Assembly: GCA_040357565.1 (NCBI GenBank)
Contig: JBDODJ010000033.1
Source of the DNA: Cercozoa sp. M6MM
Taxonomy: Eukaryota; Protista; Endomyxa: Ascetosporea
Reading direction: 5' to 3' (one strand)
DNA length: 64,000 bases
Made by a program: the position numbers and the translations under genes. This document shows, piece by piece, positions 39,301-53,024 of the stretch; position 1 is the first letter of the stretch; every line of letters starts with the position of its first letter. The notes beneath the pieces are model-generated. The model did no database searches and was not told the DNA's origin. It was given only the letters and a program-made list of their open reading frames with translations.

Positions 39301-39729
39301 TGGCTTCCATCACAGGTAAAAGGCACTCCTGTGGACAACCCGGTTTCTCTTCCACTGCATGCATGTGCAAGTGTCCAAGTCGAAGGCACTTGTGCGCTCT
39401 GATACAGGAGTACCTGCGCGGTAGACGCCATGCCACGGACTCTTTGGCGCCGGGTCCATGAAGCGCCGGTCGCCCACTACACAATTGGGCCGAATGAGCG
39501 ATAAAGGGAAGACAAACACTTGAGACACGTACCAGGAGGCTCAGCAAACGGAACGCCAAGGTACGTATGCACGCCATTCTGATCTACGCCTTCCAGCGCA
39601 CCTGTCGAGGTGCGAACCTGCCATCCAAGGAAATGCTGGGACAAGGTATCAAATAATACATTTAGTGAATCGAACCACGGGTGTCGCAGCCACCGCAGAC
39701 ACCAGCAAGGCACTCAGCAGTAGCAGCAT
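36329..39729 (-). CDS. Secreted type-B carboxylesterase/cholinesterase family protein
   Basis: Signal peptide MLLLLSALLVSAVAA; YLGVPFAEPP|VGDRRF, SEDCLYLNVFVP, FIHGGNF, ITIFGESAGG (nucleophile elbow), GLFKRAIMMS, CHASELPFVF (catalytic His), TGNPN, YCDFWD. Confidence 0.92.
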
Positions 39730-40053
39730 CCGGGAACTAAATTGACAAAAGGCATCAGAAGACAGCACTGCACGATACAAGCACAGTAGTAAAAGCCTTG
39801 TGTTACAACAGTTGCTAAATCAGAGCAGTTGCTGACTAGGTTCTATACTTGTACTGCCCACTCCCACTCTTGTTGTCAAAAGTCACACACAAGGTTTCCA
39901 GAATAGCACCCTCTGATCGCCTCCGGCACGTCTTTGAAAACGATCAAGCTGATCGAGTAAGTGTGTTCCAGAGTCGCGCACTGACGCAGGTTATTGCGTG
40001 CAGCTACAGCTGCCTGTACTCCTAAATTAAATAGCGGGAAGTCAATCTCCTCG

Positions 40054-42344
40054 CTAAGCAGCCTCAGCAGGCAACGGAAACTTGCGTTCAATCTCGTCGT
40101 CAAGCGCTTTCTTGGCGGTGCTGTTCCACTTGCCTAACGTAGAGAGAGTTGATATCTCAGGACAGCAAATGTGAGGGAGGTACCCTTCTGGCGCAAGTGT
40201 TGCACTCTCTGACGGCGGTAGAGCGCGCGTTGGCGATTGACGTCGACTGCACGCTGTCGTGTGTGCTGCGCGTATTCCTCCTGTCCCAGAGAGCGAGAGG
40301 TCAGGCCGTAACATACACAGACATAAACACAGACATAAACACAGACACAAACACAGACACAAAAAAGCAAAAACTTGGTACACTCAGCGTCGCCAGATCA
40401 AAGTTCGGTCGGTGTTTTCGGCCGGAAAAGTCTCGTTGGATGACCTGCGCAGACACAGGAGAACAGGAGTAACACAAGAGAGGCTTGTCTTGGATGGTAA
40501 AGAGAGTGAGGGGTATGTACCGCCTTGGCAAGCTCCTTGGCGATCTCACTGTCGGCGGCAGTAACACGGATGCCTGCCACTGAGTGCGCACTCGGCCTGC
40601 CGGAAGGCGGCAAAGTGAAATCACACACTTGGGAACTAGGAGTAGAAGGATTGGTAGCGAGACATACTCGTCAGGAGAGGCAGCAGCGGCAGTGCCAAAG
40701 AAGGCGTTTCTTCCGCTGGATGACCGACTGCATTTCTTCTTGTGTTGTTGTTGCAGCTGTTGCCGTTGCTGCTGCTCTACTTGACGAATCACCTGCTCTC
40801 ACATACAGTGAAGTACGGACAAAGAAGACACAGGTCTAAGGTACCCGATCAGGAGAACGTGGCTGCCACCTGTCGCAGTTCGCGTTGTGTTGTGTGACGT
40901 ACCTAAAAAACAGAGGGGGGTCAGAAGAGACAAAACAGAAAGAAACTGGGACTATACCGTCTCAGCAGTGCTTCATTGAGTGTTCTTGATGACTTACTCT
41001 ACAGAGGAAGGAGTACAGAGAAAACAAGACAGGGCTATGGGACACACTACCCTGGCCGGTGTGAGACCGAGCTTCTTGAGGTACTTGCGCAACTCGGCAT
41101 CTTTCATGACCTGCAACGAAAAGGATGAGACAGAAGCAACGGGGTGGAGGTGGGTGGGGGTAAAGATTGAAGTACACTCAGCAAAGGCAGTCTCGCGTAC
41201 TTCGGCCGCACGTGCAACTCGACGTCTGCTGGCTGCGAGAAGATACCCCAGTCACGCGCACTGACAGGCACTCTGCGAACAAAACGGTATACCCTCAGGT
41301 CGGCGAGGGAGAAGGCAGACGCGGCACCAGCCACGTGTTGATCCTTGTGGTTACTATGATCAGTTTGGTCACTCTCGTGATCACTATCCTGGTGGTCACC
41401 CTCGTGACCAGTGTCGAGTGTCTGCAGAGCCTCAGGCGTGTAGTCACTGTCGACGTCGTTGCTCTCCTCGTCGCTGTAGTTAGGTGGTTCACGGAACTAA
41501 AGTATAATACGGGGGTATGTACAAGTCGTAGTACCTGCTGAGGATAACGATGGCATCGGCGGCGTTGCACGTGTTGGCATGCTGCTGCAGCTTCGATGCC
41601 GGGAAGTGCTGCTTGCATACCTGTACACACACAGGGGGTTAGTCAAACTACAATAAAGAAGGCATGTACCGGACAAGGCAGAGTGGTGACTTTGCGTCGC
41701 TTTCGCGCCGGTTCTTGTTTGGACCGATCGAGCAGTCGGCGACTCTGTCGGCGCTGCTCTCGACGCCGACTGTCTTTGCTGTCCTTGTCTCTGTTTTTGT
41801 CATCTGCGTCTTTGTCGGTCATGGAGGTCTCTGTCTTCGTTGCCGGTGTTGCAGACATTGTTGCACCGCCTGCTGTGCTGTTCAGTGACGGCAGCAGTGG
41901 TCGCAGCAACGACGCCAATCGCTCCAGTCGCCAGGCGTTCTTCAGGTCGCCCAGTGTGAGCTTCTCCTCGTTTCCTGGGGTGTGGAGCGAGAGGTAGGGG
42001 TGAATACTTAGTAAAGAGAGACAAAGTACCTCCAGAGGAAGGCCGGCCACCCTGCGCGCACGTAGGACACGTCGCCCGCCGCTGCCGTAGCTGCGCTCGA
42101 ATGCATGCCGAGCAGAACACGTGTCCGCACGGTAGTGACACTTCATTCAAAACAAAGCCACATGTGCGAAGCTGTATCGCCAAAAGGTTTCTTGTACCTG
42201 CGCCGTCCAGCAACCCATAACAGATCGTGCATGTCACGGCTTCACGCAGTCGAAACCACGTCTCTTCGCCCACTGTCAGCAGAACAGCATTTGCGTTTGC
42301 AGCTGCGCCGGCAAAAGATCAGTTCCAATCAAGGTACCAGACAT
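40054..42344 (-). CDS. RAD18: RAD18-like E3 ubiquitin ligase (C3HC4 RING + SAP)
   Basis: RING: CTICYGLLDGA|VSLPCGHVFCSACIR...CPTC. SAP-like: YARLPLL..VMKDAELRKYLKKLGL. Followed by YVTQHNANCDRWQPRSPD..VIRQVE, as in the RAD18 NAxCD motif. Confidence 0.7.
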
Positions 42345-42618
42345 GACGAAGCACCGTGAGCGGATGTACCGGTGTGCACAGCACAAGTCAAATATGTTGC
42401 AGCCCCCTATCGCGCGCCGTTTGCTTGTTTCATTTTTTTAAATAAACTGTGAAGATGTCAAGTGACTGACATCTGGGCACACGATATCGCGCGCACAACG
42501 TGTGCGGACGTGGTTTCGAGTGTGTGCTACAGGTGTAGAGTGGGTAGGCTGACTGATCAAGTGGTCTGGTTCAAAAGGCCGTGCACCCGGCCAGTATCAG
42601 TGAGTGACACGCGGAAAA

Positions 42619-45600
42619 ATGCCGCACAAGCCGAAGCGTCGATCATTTTTCCGGCGAGGCAGTCGAATTCCACAATCCGAAAGTCACATCAAGGACGGTT
42701 CTGATGTCGGCGCCGCCGATCGACGCGATTCGGCCTTCGTGCCGTCTGTCAGTCTGCGGAGGTTCCCTGCCTCATCTGCTCCGCATATCCGTGATCCTTT
42801 CTCCCCCATTTCACCATTTGACCTCTCTGTAGAATGTCACGTCGTCGAAGTTCCCGGCTGTCGACGATCTCGGCATCCATGAAGTCTGCGCAGGAGGAAG
42901 CACCTTCGCATGGTGCATTCATTGATGGGGAGGGGGAGTGGGTAATTCGTGTGTTTGACAGATCAAGATGCGTGGCTGCGCCAGAACTTTGGCGTTGATT
43001 ACACCGAGGTAAACCTCTATTAAGTGTGTTATCTCACCGCCTTCTTTTTCTGACCGTGGTGTCTTGTCGGAAGGGCTCGCCACGTCGCATTGAGACTTTG
43101 CTTAGTGAGGCGAGCGACGACGTCCTTGTAGAGTATGTTCCCTCCGCCCTCTTGTTGTTCTCTTCATACCCTGTTTTCTTCCGTAAAGAGAGGATATCGA
43201 TGATACGGAAGCGGTCGAGTTTGTCGAACTCGCCGATGACAGTGCTGATGTACACATGCGTGCACCGAATTTCATGCGTCGGATCAACATTAAATTACCC
43301 TACTGCTGTGTGCAAACAGATGGAGGCGCTGTACGGCGAGTTGTTTGGTCGTTTGCACAGCAAGCTTGGTCTCCGTGCAATGTGTCGATTCGCACGTTGG
43401 GGTACGACTGTGCTGTTGGTGTCTTCTCTGTGCCGAGACAGATGGTGTGTTCTTACATAGGCGACACTGTGCTCATGGTGTTTGGATCGTTAGCCGCCAT
43501 TGTCGGAGGCTTGGCTTGTATTGCTTAGTCGATTCACCTCTTGTTCTCATCTTCTACTTTATCCGTTTGGTCCATGTGCAGACCAAATGGTCTTCTACCA
43601 GGCCGCCCAGATCTTCACGGATTTTGAGATACTGCCAGGAGTCAGCACGGGCGAGACCTCGGTATTGGATGCCGTTAAGGACGACGTCATGTGGATGGCC
43701 ATCTACTCGGGTGTGGTCGGTGCAGCCTCGTGGTATCCATCTGGTCCTTTGCCCCTCCCTTAAAGCGCTCCTGTACCCCGTTTCCCAGGGTGGGTTTGTC
43801 GGCGTGGCTCTTCACAACAGAGCGACAGGTCCGAGCAGCTCGTTCGGCAGCTTTTTTGTCCGCGCTGCGGCAGGAGAAGGTGACACATGACCGGATTCTT
43901 GCCTTTGAGCTTCCCGATAACTTTGTGTTGCAGGAGTGGCACGACGCGCAACCTTCTCCGTCGGCGACTGTCGCTGCTCTGCGGCGCTTGGGCGATGCCT
44001 TGCAGCAGGTAGCTTCGTTGACTTTGCGCCCCTTGTATCCCGGTACTCGTTGCCTGACAGGGCTCTGGTGACAAAGTGTTCACGCTGATTTTCAACGCCT
44101 CGGTCATTGCGAGCGGCCTCTTCATCTCCTTGTAGCTACCGCAGTTTCTCCCTGCATTATCGCTCCTTGTGTGTATCCTGTCCGTGTAGTTGGAAAGGCG
44201 GCTGGCAACTCGCGCTTGTCATGCTCGCGTGGGTGGCCGGACTGTCTATTTGCGTCGGCGGCTTTCAATGGTGCCTCTTGTATTCGGACACGTTGTCTTG
44301 TGCCTCGCTCATTCTCCGTTGTAGGCTTCACAAGCAGGCGGATTCCAAGGCACGCGAGGCCTATGCAAATGCGGATACTGTCGTGCGCGAGAGTGTGGAC
44401 CTGGTGCGCTCCAGAATCTATACCTCCTCAAGAATGCCTCGACTGAATTCCGTTTGTTCCACAGGTGAGAGACGTGGCGGCTCTGCAATTGCAGCGCGAC
44501 TGTGTATCGCGCTATGACGCGCGTTTGCAGACTGCAGGTACCCAGTTTACCCCCCCCCCCCTACCCGTCTCTTTCTCAGTCTATTTAATATACACCACAG
44601 AAAAACTCGGCGTGCGTAGCGGTGTGGCGTTTGGTGGCTTTGTGTCGGTGTCGATGCTCGTCATGTTTTGCAGTACATGCTCTTTCACCTTGTTGCTTCA
44701 TTCATCTACCTCAATAACCGGACTTTGCTGACAGTGCACGGACACGTGATGTGGTATGGCGCCAAACTCATCCGCGAAGGCATCTCGCCTGCTGAAGGAG
44801 AGGTGCGTGTCTTTGTCCATTGTGGGTTGTGGTTTGGACGCGTATTTGCAGGTGTACGACGCTTCACGTGTCATGACGGCGATTTGGGTGCTTTTGAACG
44901 GCGCTGTCGTTCTTGGGCAGGTAAAAAGTGACTCAAAAAACAGTGTTTCATTAACGATTAACGCTAAGTGTGTTTTGTGCAGAGTGGCAACACTCTTGTC
45001 GCTTTCGGTCGAGCAAGAACTGCTGCCGCTGCTCTGTACGTCGTTGTTGTCTTCTTCCTTTTGCTTTTTGTACAGTTTTGCTGCACCAGGTGGGCGCTTG
45101 TTGACCGGCGTTCGACGATTGATCCGCTCCCCGAATTGGAAGGTAACCGGTCGCCTAGTCATATCCCGGTCTGTGTTATGCTCATTCTATGAATTCTTAG
45201 ACGACAGGCAAGTGGCAAAACACCTGCAGTCCACTTGCGTACCCTCTGCCTGTTTTTTGTTCGAAACAACCGCTAGAGAAAGGGTTCTCACAAAGGTCAA
45301 AGACGCGGCTGCGCCTGCCGAGATCGAGCTGCAGGACGTCTCCTCGGATGAAATCAAGAGCGTTCCGAAAGGCGAATTCCGTGGCCACATCCGTCTGAAC
45401 AATCTATGTACACAGCTTGCCTTTATCTCTTGTATTGTACCTCCACCTGTTTGCTTCTGTGCTATAGCTTTCAACTACCGCGCCGGCGGCAAGCAGGTGC
45501 TGCGCAACGTGACGATCGAGTGCCGTCCGGGCGAACGCGTCGCTCTCGTCGGCAGCTCTGGCAGCGGCAAATCCACCGTGCTCAAGCTGGTAGCCACTTA

Positions 45601-48600
45601 GTCCTTTACCTCCTCACCTGTTCTGACCTGGGTGTGTGTGTGTGTGTGAGCAGCTTCAGCGTATGTACGAACCGAGCGGCGGCGCGATCACTGTGGACGG
45701 ACGCGACCTTAGATCGCTGGTGTGCTCAGCTTCCGTATTCTTGATCACGTGTGTTTAAATATGTTGTTGCTTTTGGGGGAGGGTCAGGATGCACGCTGGT
45801 GGCGCCGTCAGATCGGCGTCGTGTACGCCTCTTTTACGCTGCTACTTTACCCTCCAGCCAGCCTCCTTTTGCACCTCCCGATTCGTAGGTCTCAGGATGC
45901 CTCGTTGTTCGCGACGTCCGTTGCTGACAACATCGTCATGGGCGATAGCTGTATGACATACCTTTGTACCTTTACCCCCTGTGGTACTGTCCCACACTTC
46001 TAATAGCCACGCCGGATCTCGCGGACGCCAGCGACGCCGTGTCCGTGCTGAGACGTGTAGCTTTGGTACTTTCCGTGTCTTTAGATGCATTGACAACTAT
46101 ACCTCCTCCCCCCCCCCCCCCGCGCCCTGTATGCGAGATGCGAGAACAGGCAGCGCAAGACGCCAACTGCGCCGAATTCGTGGCGCCGTTGCCGCGCAAA
46201 CTTCTGCAGAATGTCGGTGCTCGCGGAGGCGATCTCTCCGGTACATTGTCTTACCTTACATCCCATATCCTCCGGTTACCCCATTGGACACTTCGATAGG
46301 AGGTCAGCGGCAGCGTGTGGCCATTGCACGCGCGCTGTTCGGCGATCCGCGCGTTCTCATTCTGGTACCGACTGCTGATTCGTGCCCCTTCCCATCCCTC
46401 ATTGTCCCTGATGAGACCTTGGGTCTGTAGGACGAGGCAACGTCGGCACTGGACAATACGAGCGAACGCTTGGTGCAACGTGTACTCGACGACGTCGCTG
46501 CTGCTGCCGATCGTGCCACGTATGCCTGTGTTACCCTACCCTTGCCCCCGGCCTGACCTTCTTTTTTAATGCAGTTTCGTGGTGGCACACCGTTTGTCGA
46601 CGGTGCGAAACGCCGACAGAATCTACGTGCTGGAGCAGGGAGAGGTCGTCGAGGTCGGCTCTCACGAGGAACTGATGCGACGCGACGGTGTCTACGCCGC
46701 GCTGGTCGCGTGCGGCGACGGTTTAGGTACACTCAGACATACGCATGTGCCAACTACTGACTGACTTTTTGACTGAGACTGAGACTGAGAGTGTGACAGG
46801 TGATGATGGCGAGGTCAAGGGCGAGCAGGCCAACTGGGACGTCGTTGACCTCGGCGGCGCCGACTACGTGCGGCAGCAGGTTTGCTTCCCTCTTCGCCCT
46901 TACCTGTGACCCCCTTATTACCCCTCTTACCCCTCTTACCCTATCACAGACAAAGAAACCCCTGAAGCTGAACATTGATGCGTATGATGAGGAGGTAAGT
47001 CAGTTTCCCTCTTTTGAACAAGGTGGCCCTGTGTGGTGACCTTGAGTGTTTCGTCAGACTCGTGCCATCAGTCGTCGCAACTCACTGGTGTGTTGTTACC
47101 TTTACCCCAGCTTTTAACCCCCCCCCCTATACATCATGGTGTGCTGCAGGTGGCAGCATCGCGCTCGCTCACGATGCTCGAGATCGGCGACGAGTCGCTG
47201 GTGCACCTGTCTTACCCCGCTGTTACCCCCTGTTACCCCGTTATTCATAGGCCCACAAGATTTCGACGGTGTTCAAGTCGGCGTTCGCGTCGCCGCGCAC
47301 AACGCTCAACGAGGACGACCTGGACAACACGACCTTCTCGCAGCGACTGCAGGACGGTCTCAAAGGTGGTCGCTCTGGCGATCACTCGGGTGATCACTCG
47401 GGTGGTCGGTCTGATGATCAGTCCAAGGACCACGTGACTGCTGTCGAGGCTGAAGCACCCGCGTCACCCACTCGCTCTGGTAACGGGGAGGGAGGAGGGG
47501 AGGGGGTAAAGGGGTATACAGGGTATACACGTCATGTGTGTGTGTGTGTGTGTTAACAGAGACCTACGGCAGCGCGGGCGAACACTCGATTCAGATCTAC
47601 ACGCAGCTGTCGCGCGATCGGTATCATCTTACCCCCCCCCCCCCCTCTTACCCACTTTACCCCTTCCCTCCCTACTGGCATACAGTGCGGACACCTATGG
47701 CAGCACTGCCTTCATCGATGATACTGAAACCACGTTGGACCTCAACGATCTGTACATGCCGTTTTGTCTCTCTACCTCCTTACCTCCTTACCCCTTACCC
47801 CTTACCCCTTACCCCTTACCCCTTACCCCTTACCCCTTACCCCCTCCCCCCGTAGGCACACGCGCAGTGGCACGGCGACACCGATGAGACGCGCCAGCGA
47901 GATCGCTGATCTGCGGCTCTGGTATAATTACCCGTTTTACCCCTCCCCCCCCCCCCCCCACCCGACCCTCCATTGTGTCCTGTAGGCTGTGCGACGCCGA
48001 CATGATTGCGCTGGCCGGCAGGGAGGGCGCCGTCGGCGACACGAGTGCAGTGGCACTGCTGTCGTCGGAGGGAGACGAAGACTCGACCGAGCACCGCCCG
48101 GAGACTGCGACACAGGCGCCGGTGTCTCTGCGACGCATCTGGCGCATGCAGCGACAGGACTGGGTACACTCTGTCCACTCTGTACATGCACATGTACATC
48201 TGACCTGTCCATGTGTATCTGTCCATGTATCTGTCCATGTGTACCTGTCCATGTGTACCTGTCAATGTGTACCTGTCCATGTGTACCTGTCCGTGTCATG
48301 CAGTCGCTTCTGCTGCCAGGTGCGCTGTGCGCCTTTGTTTCCGGAGGCAGTGTGCCGCTTTTTGGCGTGTTCTTTGGCGACTTGGTAAGTTCATACACCC
48401 TTTACCCCTTTACTCATTTACCCCTACCCCCCCCCCCGACTGTCCAGGCGGCCATGCTGCTGCGCGGTTCGTTCCAAGGCGACGAGGCGGCCTACAAGAA
48501 ACATGAGGAGGACTCTCTACGGGTACGTTGTGTTGTGCCTGCTGTGGGGCTAAGGGAAGGCGTATGTGAGGTCAAGTGCGAGTCGGTGTGGACAGGCCAT

Positions 48601-48934
48601 GGTGCTGTTCTGTGCCGCTGGTGGTGCGGTCTTTGTCGCCTCCATGCTGCGCGAGGTAGCTTCTTGTCCCCATTTACCTCTTATACCTCTTACCCCTTAC
48701 CCCCCCCCCCCCGCACAGTTGCTGTTTGGTGTGGCGGGAGAGAAACTCACGCGGCGACTGCGACTCAGTGCGTTTAGCAACACGCTGCGCTTCGAGCAGG
48801 TAGGTTCTGTACCTTCCCCCTCCCCTACTCTATTACACCCCTCCCTCTCTCGTAGGACTGGTTCGACAAGCCGGACAACTCGAGTGCGCAGGTGTCGACG
48901 GCATTGTCGGACGATGCGGCTGCTGTGCAGGTGT

Positions 48935-48999
<65 letters not shown>

Positions 49000-50925
49000 A
49001 CTCTCTGTCCTTCCCTACCCCCACCTGAGCAGGGACTATCGTCGCGAAGATTGGCGCAAGTGGCCGAGTTGGTAGCTGAGTATTAGGGGGGTAAAAGAAG
49101 GGGTATAAATCCTGAGTGTGCGTAGATTGCGCTGTGCGGCGTCGGACTCGGCATTGGTTTCTACGAGAGTTGGCACTTGTCTCTCACGCAGATTGTGGTA
49201 CTACCTGTTACCCCCCCCCCCCCTCACCCACCCCTGTTTACCCTCCTTATACCCCCAGGTGATGCCACTGCTGGTGCTCAGCATGCACCGCTGGGTGTCG
49301 GCGATGCAGGGCAGCGCACTCGCTGGCGACAAGCAGGCCATTGCTCAGTGAGTCGTATTTACCCCCCCCCCCCCCCTACTGATCTTATATCCCCTTCCCC
49401 GTAGAGCACAGCAGGTGATGTACGAGTCGCTCACGCAGCGCGATGCCGTCGCCGCGTGCTGCGCCGAAACGCGTCTGGCGCAGCGTTATTGGTGTGTCTG
49501 TCGTTACCCCCTCTTTACCCCCTTTACCTCTCATACCCCCCTGTTTACTCTCCCGTTTACCCCCCTTTCTCCCCGTTTTCCCCCCCCCCCCCCCCCCGAC
49601 AGGAAGGCGCTGTCAGTGCAGGCGCGATCGATGCGAAAAGCGGCGATTGTGGCCGGTTTCAATTTCGGCGTGGCGCAGTTCATCACTACCGGTAGCACTT
49701 GTCGCTTGGGACGGGGGTAGACGGGGGTTAGAGGGGGGTATGTTTGCAGCGAGCTTCTGCGTGTACTTCTTGGCTGGTGCCTGGCTCTTCGACAATGGTA
49801 GCTCTTTGTGTCTCCCCGGATGTATGTGCATGTAGGTATGTATGCGTGTGTGTGTGTGTAGACTACGTCGACTTTGAGCGCATGCAGAGCGCCGTGTTTG
49901 CGCTGCGTGCTGTTGCTTTCGGTCTCGGCATGCTCAGCGAGGTGCCTCTTTGATCCCCATTACCCCCTCCCCCCCCCCCCCATTACCCTGAGTGTATGTG
50001 AGACAGTTGGCACCCGACATGCAGAAGGCGGCGCAGGCCACTGCCGGCGTGTTTGCACTGATCGATCGGTAGACATTCTCTTTACCCCCTACCCCTTTAC
50101 CCCCTACCCTCGGGCAGGCAATCGCTGATCGACCCTCTGTCGGACGAGGGCAAGCGACCGACGCTCGGTGTGCGACGTCCCGACAGCGACGAAGACTCCA
50201 GTTCGGTAATGTTTGTTCGTGTGTACAAGCATGCGCCCATGTGTAAGTGGAGTGCGTTTGTACAAACACAGGACGAGGAGGACGGTTACGTTGGCTTCTT
50301 TGGCATGGGCGCCGACGGCACGCCGGACGAGTCGATGCCGGCCAAGATGACGGCTATGGAGGTGGCCTGATATCTCTTTGCCCCTTACCCCACCCCTTTA
50401 CCCCTCTGCCCCACCCCCGTGTCTCTGTGCAGGCACGTGCCTGGCGCGAGGAGCAGCAGGAGAAACGACGTGCGCGACTGGCTGCTGTAAGGCGTGCTTT
50501 GCCCCCCCCCCCGCCCCGTGCCCCTGTCAGTTTTACCCCCATATTCTTAGAAACGCAAGAAGAAGAAAGAGCGCATGTCGTGGCGCAACATTCTTAGCGA
50601 CTTTGCCGAGGGCGAGGCCATGGTTTGGAGTGCCTGTTCTTACCCCTCCCCCATTACCCCCTATGGGGGCGCCCCCCGCCCCGGAGGTCGAACTGCGCAA
50701 CGTCAATTTCGCGTACTCTGCGAGGCCAGAGGTAGTCTCTCCTCCTCCTTCCCCCTATCCCCATGCCTTACTGACATGCTTTGTTTTTGACAGCTTCGTG
50801 CACTGTCGCGAACCTCGCTGCGACTGCAGCCGGGTCAATCGCTGGCTCTGGTATGGTCCAACTTCCCTGTACTGTCCTGTCCTGTCCTTTCCTTTCCTGT
50901 CCTCCCTGTCTATGTGTACCTGTAT

Positions 50926-50967
<42 letters not shown>

Positions 50968-52025
50968 CGTATGTACCAACACAGGTCGGCGGCAGTGGCA
51001 GCGGTAAGTCTACGGTGGCCAAGCTGCTGCTGCGTTTCTACGACGTGCAGTCCGGCTGCGTGCGCATTGGTAGCTTTACCCCGCCCCCCCCACCTCCCTT
51101 TTACCCCTCCCCCCTGCTACCTCGGCGACGTAGAGCATACGGACGTGCGCGAGTGGAACCTGGGTTACCTGCGGCGACACATCGGTTACGTACCGCAGGA
51201 GCCGCCGCTGTTCGACATGTCGCTCATGGAGAACGTGCGACTCGGCCGGCCCGATGCCACTGACGACGAGGTAATCCTCCTCCCCTCCTTCCTTCCTTAC
51301 CAGAATGCACTTACCAGTACGCACGTTGATGCAGGTCATTGCGGCTGGTCGGGACGCGAATCTGTTGCCTGTGGTGGCGCAGCTGGAAGGTAGCATGCAT
51401 ACACCGAAACGCATATATGTATATCTATATATCTGGTTGGCCAGGTGGTTGGCATGCGCCGTGTGGCGAGCGTGGCAGTCGACTCAGCGGCGGCCAGCGT
51501 CAGCGCGTTGCCATCGCGCGCGCCTTCTTGCGGAACCCCAAGCTGCTCGTGCTGGTGTCTTCTCTTGCCCCCGCCGCCTACCTTTTGCTTTTTGTTTTGT
51601 ATTCTGTGCTGTGCTGTGGCTTGGCAGGACGAGGCCACGTCGGCGCTGGACAACGAGAGCGAGCGACGCGTGCAGCTCGCCATCGAACGACGACTGTTTC
51701 GCGAGGAGTGCAGTGTCGTCACTGTGGCACACCGACTAAGCACGGTAGACAGCAGCGTGAGGGGTGGGGGGGGTCGACCAACACTTCCTGCAAGTGTGTG
51801 TGTGTGTGTGTGTGTGGATAGGTACGTAATGCCGACAAGATCGTCGTGATGGAGCGTGGTGCCGTCGTGGAGATCGGCAACCACGAGGAACTGGTGAAGC
51901 GACGCGGCGCCTACTTCCAACTTGTACAGAGCAGTCGCGGAGGAGGCCAAGGCAAGAAGACACCGCACTCGCCTCGCTCGCCGCGCGCGCGCCCGGTGTC
52001 GCCGCGTCCGGCAATTTCGGTTTAA
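42619..52025 (+). CDS. Full-size ABCB (MDR/P-glycoprotein-type) ABC transporter, TMD-NBD-TMD-NBD, dozens of introns
   Basis: NBD1: [47 protein letters not shown]2: [61 protein letters not shown] motifs [13 protein letters not shown] and WFDKPDNS. Stop TAA at 52023-52025. Confidence 0.93.
47788..47843 (+). repeat. (TTACCCC)8 intronic heptamer tandem repeat
   Basis: Eight perfect copies in an ABCB intron. Related arrays occur at ~1730-1765 and 32203-32250 (the latter as GGGGTAA on + inside a minus-strand gene). Confidence 0.9.
48203..48291 (+). repeat. 14-bp intronic minisatellite (CTGTCCATGTGTAC)n
   Basis: About six imperfect tandem copies inside an ABCB intron. Confidence 0.85.
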
Positions 52026-52049
52026 TCTTCGCTCTCTCAGCGAGCACTG

Positions 52050-52220
52050 TAGTAGTACGCTACTTGAACAAAACGACGCGTACCAACCTCGAACTTCTAA
52101 AGGGAGTTGGATGGCCCCACCCTAAGCGGACGGTGGATTACGGCCATGCGCTTGTGACCCACCCCAGGACTGGTACCGGAAAACTACATAGTTAGTTTCT
52201 TAGTAGACTGGGCTAACTAA
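52050..52220 (+). mobile_element. Dispersed repeat copy B (LINE/SINE-like 3' end)
   Basis: Homologous to 5147-5328 and 63140-63299. Begins ~25 bp after the ABCB stop and ends ...GCTAACTAA. Confidence 0.7.
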
Positions 52221-53024
52221 ATGTTACCGCAGCCCTCTCAGATAGGGATCAGGCCTTAGTAAATTGCGGGTACTTTGCCAGTGATACAAAAAACTAAGGA
52301 ACGTAAGAAAGTCTGATCTTGGAGGGAGAGTGGCCCAAGGTTCAGCTGGGCGACAAAGCACTGGTGGACGGGAAAGTCACCTATCAGATGTTTTTGCTGT
52401 AGAAAGGACAGTCAGTTACAGAATTCTTGAGACGGAAAGGCAACCGAGTAGTGAGGGTTCAGAAGTACTTTAGTTTGCGTGGAGTAAGAAGAGGAAAGAA
52501 GAAGGGGCTCTGGAAAGACAGAGACGGGTAGAAGCGGAGACAACTGGTCCTGGAGAGATCAGATTACCTGGCGATAGGGAGCCCTTCTTTGAGCTTGCTC
52601 AAGGCTTCTCTACTCACAATAAAACTTAGGTCAGGATACCAGCGAACATCAAATCTCTTTTGAGGTTTTTTGTACTTCTTAAAATGGCTTCCGCCGCGGA
52701 TACTGTCGTGTAGATCACGAAACATAAATAAAACGACGCACATCGCCCGTTCAGTTCACGCCGGTCGTCGCGTCAAAACTAAAACAACTGACGCGAAATG
52801 CCTGTGTTGGTCAAAAACCTGAAAACGCAACACAACCGACTACGGCAACCGAACCGAACTCCTTCGCGTCGCGTAGCGTTACGTGCGTCGATGTCGGTTG
52901 CGTTGCTAGCGTTTGCTGGCGTGACAATCCGGTTGGTTTGAAAAAGATCGTATCGTCGCTTCCGTTCGAAAAGACGGGAGCGCGAGGGGGCGTCTTTGAT
53001 ACATCGATACCGGGAGTAAGCTTG

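Noticed and set aside
52115-52135. CCCTAAGCG as in pistol ribozymes
   Set aside because: The upstream P1/TTAGGG pseudoknot partner and the rest of the consensus are not present.
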